Shown here piece after piece: positions 60,706 through 64,000 of a stretch of DNA of 64,000 nucleotides; within the stretch, counting starts at the first letter, position 1, and each line of letters begins with the position of its first letter. The stretch lies in contig CAVXJL010000013.1 of NCBI GenBank assembly GCA_963762015.1, positions 27,709 through 91,708 on the forward strand, written 5' to 3'. This stretch comes from an uncultured Actinomycetota bacterium. GTDB taxonomy: Bacteria; Actinomycetota; UBA4738; HRBIN12. The notes beneath the pieces were generated by a model. That model had not been told where the DNA came from and searched no databases. It worked only from the letters and a program-made list of their open reading frames with translations. A program made the position numbers and the translations under genes.

Positions 60706-61137
60706 CTACGACGCGCTCGAGGACTTCCGACGGGATGCCGTCGTCGTCTTCCGAGCAGACGTCTTCTTCCGCGAACCGGTCGTGCGTCCCGTGGTGGAGC
60801 GACCGGCCGTCTTCCGCGCCGGCGACTTCCGCGCGGCAGGCTTCTTCCGACCGGACGCGGTCATCCCCGCCGCGCGTTCGAGGTCTCGCACCCGCCTGCG
60901 GAGCGAGTCCAGTTCGGTTTGCGTCGCCCCGCCCATCGAGCGCATCTGGGAGGCGACCTCTTTCCGCACCGCCTCGCGGAGACGCTGCGAGAGCTGGACC
61001 AGCTCCCCGGCGGTCTTCGCCACCTGGTCCTTGGCCGCATCGGGATCCATGTAGCGCTTCGCGAGTTCCTGTGCCTTGGCCGGGCTCAACTGACCGATCA
61101 CTGCGTCGAACGTCTTGCGGATGTCATCGAGCACCAT
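60706..61137 (-). CDS. hypothetical protein with coiled N-terminal half and Lys/Arg/Ser/Thr-rich histone-like C-terminal tail
   Basis: MVLDDIRKTFDAVIGQLSPAKAQELAKRYMDP... then ...GRKKPAARKSPARKTAGRSTTGRTTGSRKKTSARKTTTASRRK. The longer listed ORF has an implausible Arg-rich extension. Confidence 0.5.
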   Translation of the reverse strand: MVLDDIRKTFDAVIGQLSPAKAQELAKRYMDPDAAKDQVAKTAGELVQLSQRLREAVRKEVASQMRSMGGATQTELDSLRRRVRDLERAAGMTASGRKKPAARKSPARKTAGRSTTGRTTGSRKKTSARKTTTASRRKSSSAS

Positions 61138-61241
61138 CGGGTCACTCCTCCTGTTTCGGGTCGATCGTGTCGAAGTCTTCGCTGGTCTTGAGGCAGGATA
61201 CCCCCGTCTCTGGGGCCGGAACCCATCACGCGAGGCCGAGA

Positions 61242-62012
61242 TCACACCAAGCCCGAGAGATCGTCGATGACGAACGTCGGCTTCCAGAGTGAAGCCTCGA
61301 CGTCTTCCCGATCGGCATCTCCGGTGAGCACGAGCGCCGAGTCCCATCCCAGCCGGGAGGCCCCCGCGATATCGGTGTCCAATCGATCCCCCACGACGAG
61401 CGGGAGGCCACCGCCCGCCGAGGCGAGCGCACGTTCGAAGAGCGGGGGCTCGGGCTTCCCCACGACTTCGCCGTGAGTACCCGTCGTGGTTTCGATCGCG
61501 GCGAGGAGCGCGCCGGCGCCGGGCCACGACTCACCGCCGGGCGCGGGGAACGAGGGATCCGCGTTCGAGGCGACCAGGGAAGCACCTCGTTCGACGAGCA
61601 CCGAGGCGTTCTTCAACTTCGTGTAGTCGGCTCCTCGATCGAATCCCACCACCACCACGTCGACCCCGTCCGCCGAGGCATCCACCACGCGTATGCCGGC
61701 GTTGCCAAGCGCCTCGAGCAGCCCCTCCTCACCGACGACGAACGCGGATCCGACGCCACGTTCCGCGAGAAGCGTCGCCGTCGCGAGCGCCGAGGTCACG
61801 ATCTCCTCCGGCCTCGCGTCGACCCCAACGGAGGCGACTCGCTCGACCACCTGCGCCGACGTCCTGCTGGAATTGTTGGTGACGAAGGCGATCCGCTTCC
61901 CCGCGTCGCGCAGAGCCCGAACCGCGTCGGCCGCGCCCTCGATCGGCTCGGGCCACCGATACAGGACGCCGTCCAGGTCGAGCAGGATGGCGTCGTACGG
62001 GTCCGCGAGCAC
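61242..62012 (-). CDS. HAD-superfamily hydrolase, subfamily IIA
   Basis: DAILLDLDGVLY (motif I), FVTNNSS (motif II), ...GKPEPPLFE..., VGDRLDTDIAGA (motif IV). Confidence 0.85.
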   Translation of the reverse strand: MLADPYDAILLDLDGVLYRWPEPIEGAADAVRALRDAGKRIAFVTNNSSRTSAQVVERVASVGVDARPEEIVTSALATATLLAERGVGSAFVVGEEGLLEALGNAGIRVVDASADGVDVVVVGFDRGADYTKLKNASVLVERGASLVASNADPSFPAPGGESWPGAGALLAAIETTTGTHGEVVGKPEPPLFERALASAGGGLPLVVGDRLDTDIAGASRLGWDSALVLTGDADREDVEASLWKPTFVIDDLSGLV

Positions 62013-62017
62013 GCTCG

Positions 62018-62395
62018 TCAGGCCGACAGCCGCTCGAGGACCCTGACGTAGTCGGGCACGTCCGGCCGCAGGACCACCGCCAACTTGGCGTGCCCCCGGG
62101 CGCGCGAGCGCTGACCGGTGCGTTCACAGGCGAGCGCAAGCGCGAAGTGCGCGTAGTCGTCGGAGGGGTTGAGCTGCACCGCCTTCGCGAACTCGCGACG
62201 AGCGCGAGACGCTCGGCCGCACGCATAGTGCGCGCGCCCGAGCGCCTCGCGGATCGAGGCCTTCTCCGGCTCCATCAGCTTCGCCCGCGAGAGCAGCATC
62301 ACGGCCTGATGGGGATGGCCACCGGCCAGCATCGAGCAGCCTCGGGCGTACAGGTCGTACGCCGACTCTTCGCGAGACGACTGCTCCCCCACCAC
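62018..62395 (-). CDS. tetratricopeptide-repeat protein
   Basis: Three TPR-like helical pairs (AYDLYARGCSMLAGGHPHQAVMLL..., ALGRAHYACGR..., AHFALALACERTGQ). Confidence 0.7.
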   Translation of the reverse strand: MVGEQSSREESAYDLYARGCSMLAGGHPHQAVMLLSRAKLMEPEKASIREALGRAHYACGRASRARREFAKAVQLNPSDDYAHFALALACERTGQRSRARGHAKLAVVLRPDVPDYVRVLERLSA

Positions 62396-62475
62396 TCGAC
62401 GTTAGCAGCGACGGCCGGGAGAGCGGTTACCCGGAGGCCGGCGAGGGGGGACCTCCGCGTCGTTCTCCCCGCTGC

Positions 62476-62631
62476 CTAGCCCTGCTGCTCCGCCATCTTC
62501 TGGATGTTCTGGACGGCCTCGGCGGGGGTGATGTCGTTGGCCTCTGCCGAGGCGACGATCGCGCTCCAGTTGATGTTCCGGTCGTCACCGTGGTTGTCTT
62601 CGGGACTTCCGCACCCGCAGTTCGCACACAT
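62476..62631 (-). CDS. 51-aa Cys-rich small protein (MCANCGCGSPEDNHGDD...)
   Basis: Strong RBS GGAGGAGG 6 nt upstream of ATG; N-terminal C-x2-C-x-C cluster; the longer listed ORF (86 aa) lacks an RBS. Confidence 0.4.
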   Translation of the reverse strand: MCANCGCGSPEDNHGDDRNINWSAIVASAEANDITPAEAVQNIQKMAEQQG

Positions 62632-62761
62632 CGAGCTCCTCCTCCATCGTTCTGGTATCCGCTCGGACCGATAGACCGATGAGGTGAGACTTCCCCAGGA
62701 AGTCCACCCGCAAACCGAACGCGGCACCGGACGCATCGACGGGTGCGCCGAGCGAAGGCGA

Positions 62762-63076
62762 TCAGGCGGCGGGCTGCTCGAGCTTCTTGATCCCCGTGGC
62801 CACCACCTCCGTCAGACTTCGAGCTCCTGCTCCGCTCCGGTAGAACCGCCGGACGAGGTGCCCGTGTACGAGCACGGCGTCGCCCTTGACGATCCCGTCG
62901 ACGGTGCGCGCGCCGACCGTGGCGTGCCAGGCCGCGACCGGCAGGGGGAGGAGACGCCTTCCCGCCTCCGGAACGGAGAGTCGGAGCTCGGTGACCTCGT
63001 CTCCCGACGGCATCCGGCGCTGGACCGGATCGGCCGCCACGGTGCCTGCGAGCACGACGACGTTGACCGTCACCAT
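62762..63076 (-). CDS. short SSB-like OB-fold protein (no acidic C-terminal tail)
   Basis: MVTVNVVVLAGTVAADPVQRRMPSGDEVTELRLSV parallels the SSB N-terminus (NKVILVGNLGRDPELRYTPSG...F.LAV); ~104 aa. Confidence 0.55.
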   Translation of the reverse strand: MVTVNVVVLAGTVAADPVQRRMPSGDEVTELRLSVPEAGRRLLPLPVAAWHATVGARTVDGIVKGDAVLVHGHLVRRFYRSGAGARSLTEVVATGIKKLEQPAA

Positions 63077-63144
63077 GAGTTCTCCTCCCTTCCGCGAGAC
63101 GACCGTATCCGACGCCACCGACACACCCCTGCGAGACTGGCTCG

Positions 63145-64000
63145 ATGCAGGAGCGGCCGCCCGTTGTGTTCCCCGTCGCCGACGGCATCACCGCGATCGA
63201 CACCTTCATGGGAGGCAGGGCGCGTTACACCGCCGCGTACCTCCTCGATGCCGCCGAACCGACGCTGGTCGAAACCGGCCCGGGAACATCCGTCGAGCCT
63301 GTCGCCGCGGCGCTCGGCACGCTCGGGATGACCTCGGACGAGCTCGCCCACATCGTCCTCACCCATATCCATCTGGACCACGCGGGTGGGGTCGGGCAGC
63401 TCGCGGCGCGATTCCCCGGCGCCACCGTGTGGGTGCACGAGCGTGGGGCGCCGCATCTCGTGGACCCCTCCCGCCTCGTCGCGAGCACGGCCCGCGTCTG
63501 GGGCGAGCAGGAGATGCGCGAGCTCTTCGGACCCGCCCGACCCGTGGACCAGGGACGCGTGCGATCGCTCCACGACGCCGACGTGATCCGCATGGGCAAC
63601 CGCGAGCTGGGCGTGCTTGACACGCCGGGGCACGCGTCGCATCACGTGGCGCTCGTCGACTCCCGGACCGGTGCGATCTTCACAGGCGACGCCCTCGGGA
63701 TCCATGTGCCGGACCTACCCGTGCTCCGGCCGGCGACACCCCCTCCCGAATTCGACCTCGAGCGGTACGTGGACTCGATCGAACGCATCCGGGCCGCGGC
63801 GAGATCGATCCTGCTGTTCGCGCACTTCGGACCGCTCCCCGACGTCGCGGCGACCTGTGACCTCGCGATCCGCCGCGTGCGGGACTGGGCCGCCGTCGTC
63901 GAGGAGGCGCTCCGCGAGACCGACGATCCTGAAGAGCTCACCGCCCGGCTCGAAGCGGCGGCGCTCGCCGACATCGACACCGGCGCCGAGGCGACGCTCG
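63145..64000 (+). CDS. MBL-fold metallo-hydrolase; 3' end cut by window edge
   Basis: THIHLDHAGG zinc motif, downstream HASHH and GD..G segments; open in frame 1 to the end of the window. Confidence 0.75.
   Translation, partial: MQERPPVVFPVADGITAIDTFMGGRARYTAAYLLDAAEPTLVETGPGTSVEPVAAALGTLGMTSDELAHIVLTHIHLDHAGGVGQLAARFPGATVWVHERGAPHLVDPSRLVASTARVWGEQEMRELFGPARPVDQGRVRSLHDADVIRMGNRELGVLDTPGHASHHVALVDSRTGAIFTGDALGIHVPDLPVLRPATPPPEFDLERYVDSIERIRAAARSILLFAHFGPLPDVAATCDLAIRRVRDWAAVVEEALRETDDPEELTARLEAAALADIDTGAEATL

Overview
High-GC (~68-72%) bacterial chromosomal segment. Gene order tracks two conserved Mycobacterium-type actinobacterial blocks, so this is most likely a deep-branching high-GC actinobacterium. 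Block 1: tlyA-nadK-recN-SteA-like-mctB-like-[GT2+GT4 insert]-pyrG-NUDIX-xerD-ald-deoB-deoA-trpS-scpA-scpB-rluB-[aroH-tyrA-aroA insert]-cmk-der-tRNA-Pro-pgsA. Block 2: gcvH-garA(FHA)-MerR-dacB-hpt-DUF151-MerR-gcvPA/gcvPB, with gcvP split into two subunits. About 62 genes are called, almost all by recognisable protein motifs. The accessory and unusual content sits in the first 28 kb. (1) An FtsH-like AAA+ metalloprotease paralog with large insertions. (2) A short reverse-transcriptase-like ORF that is frameshifted and translationally coupled to a frameshifted amidohydrolase. (3) An Mtb-style Lnt-Ppm1 fusion gene with no canonical start codon. (4) A lower-GC AraC-VOC-DUF1801-UvrA class II cassette, a candidate DNA-damaging-drug resistance island. 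(5) A dif-like XerC/D site at 18866-18893. (6) Three tandem paralogous DUF11-repeat, LPXTG-like ([ST]PFTG) surface proteins. These carry long conserved 5' leaders and shared promoter elements. The third gene contains a perfect 315-bp tandem repeat array with two +1 frameshifts. All six frameshifts seen are +1 insertions in G/C runs and are confined to accessory genes. Further curiosities are a site-2 protease homolog with HExxH replaced by RExxR and two secreted CAP-domain paralogs. Others are a palindrome-bearing in-frame insertion in aroA and a 51-aa Cys-rich micro-ORF. No rRNA, CRISPR or recognisable transposase was found; one tRNA (Pro-GGG) is present.
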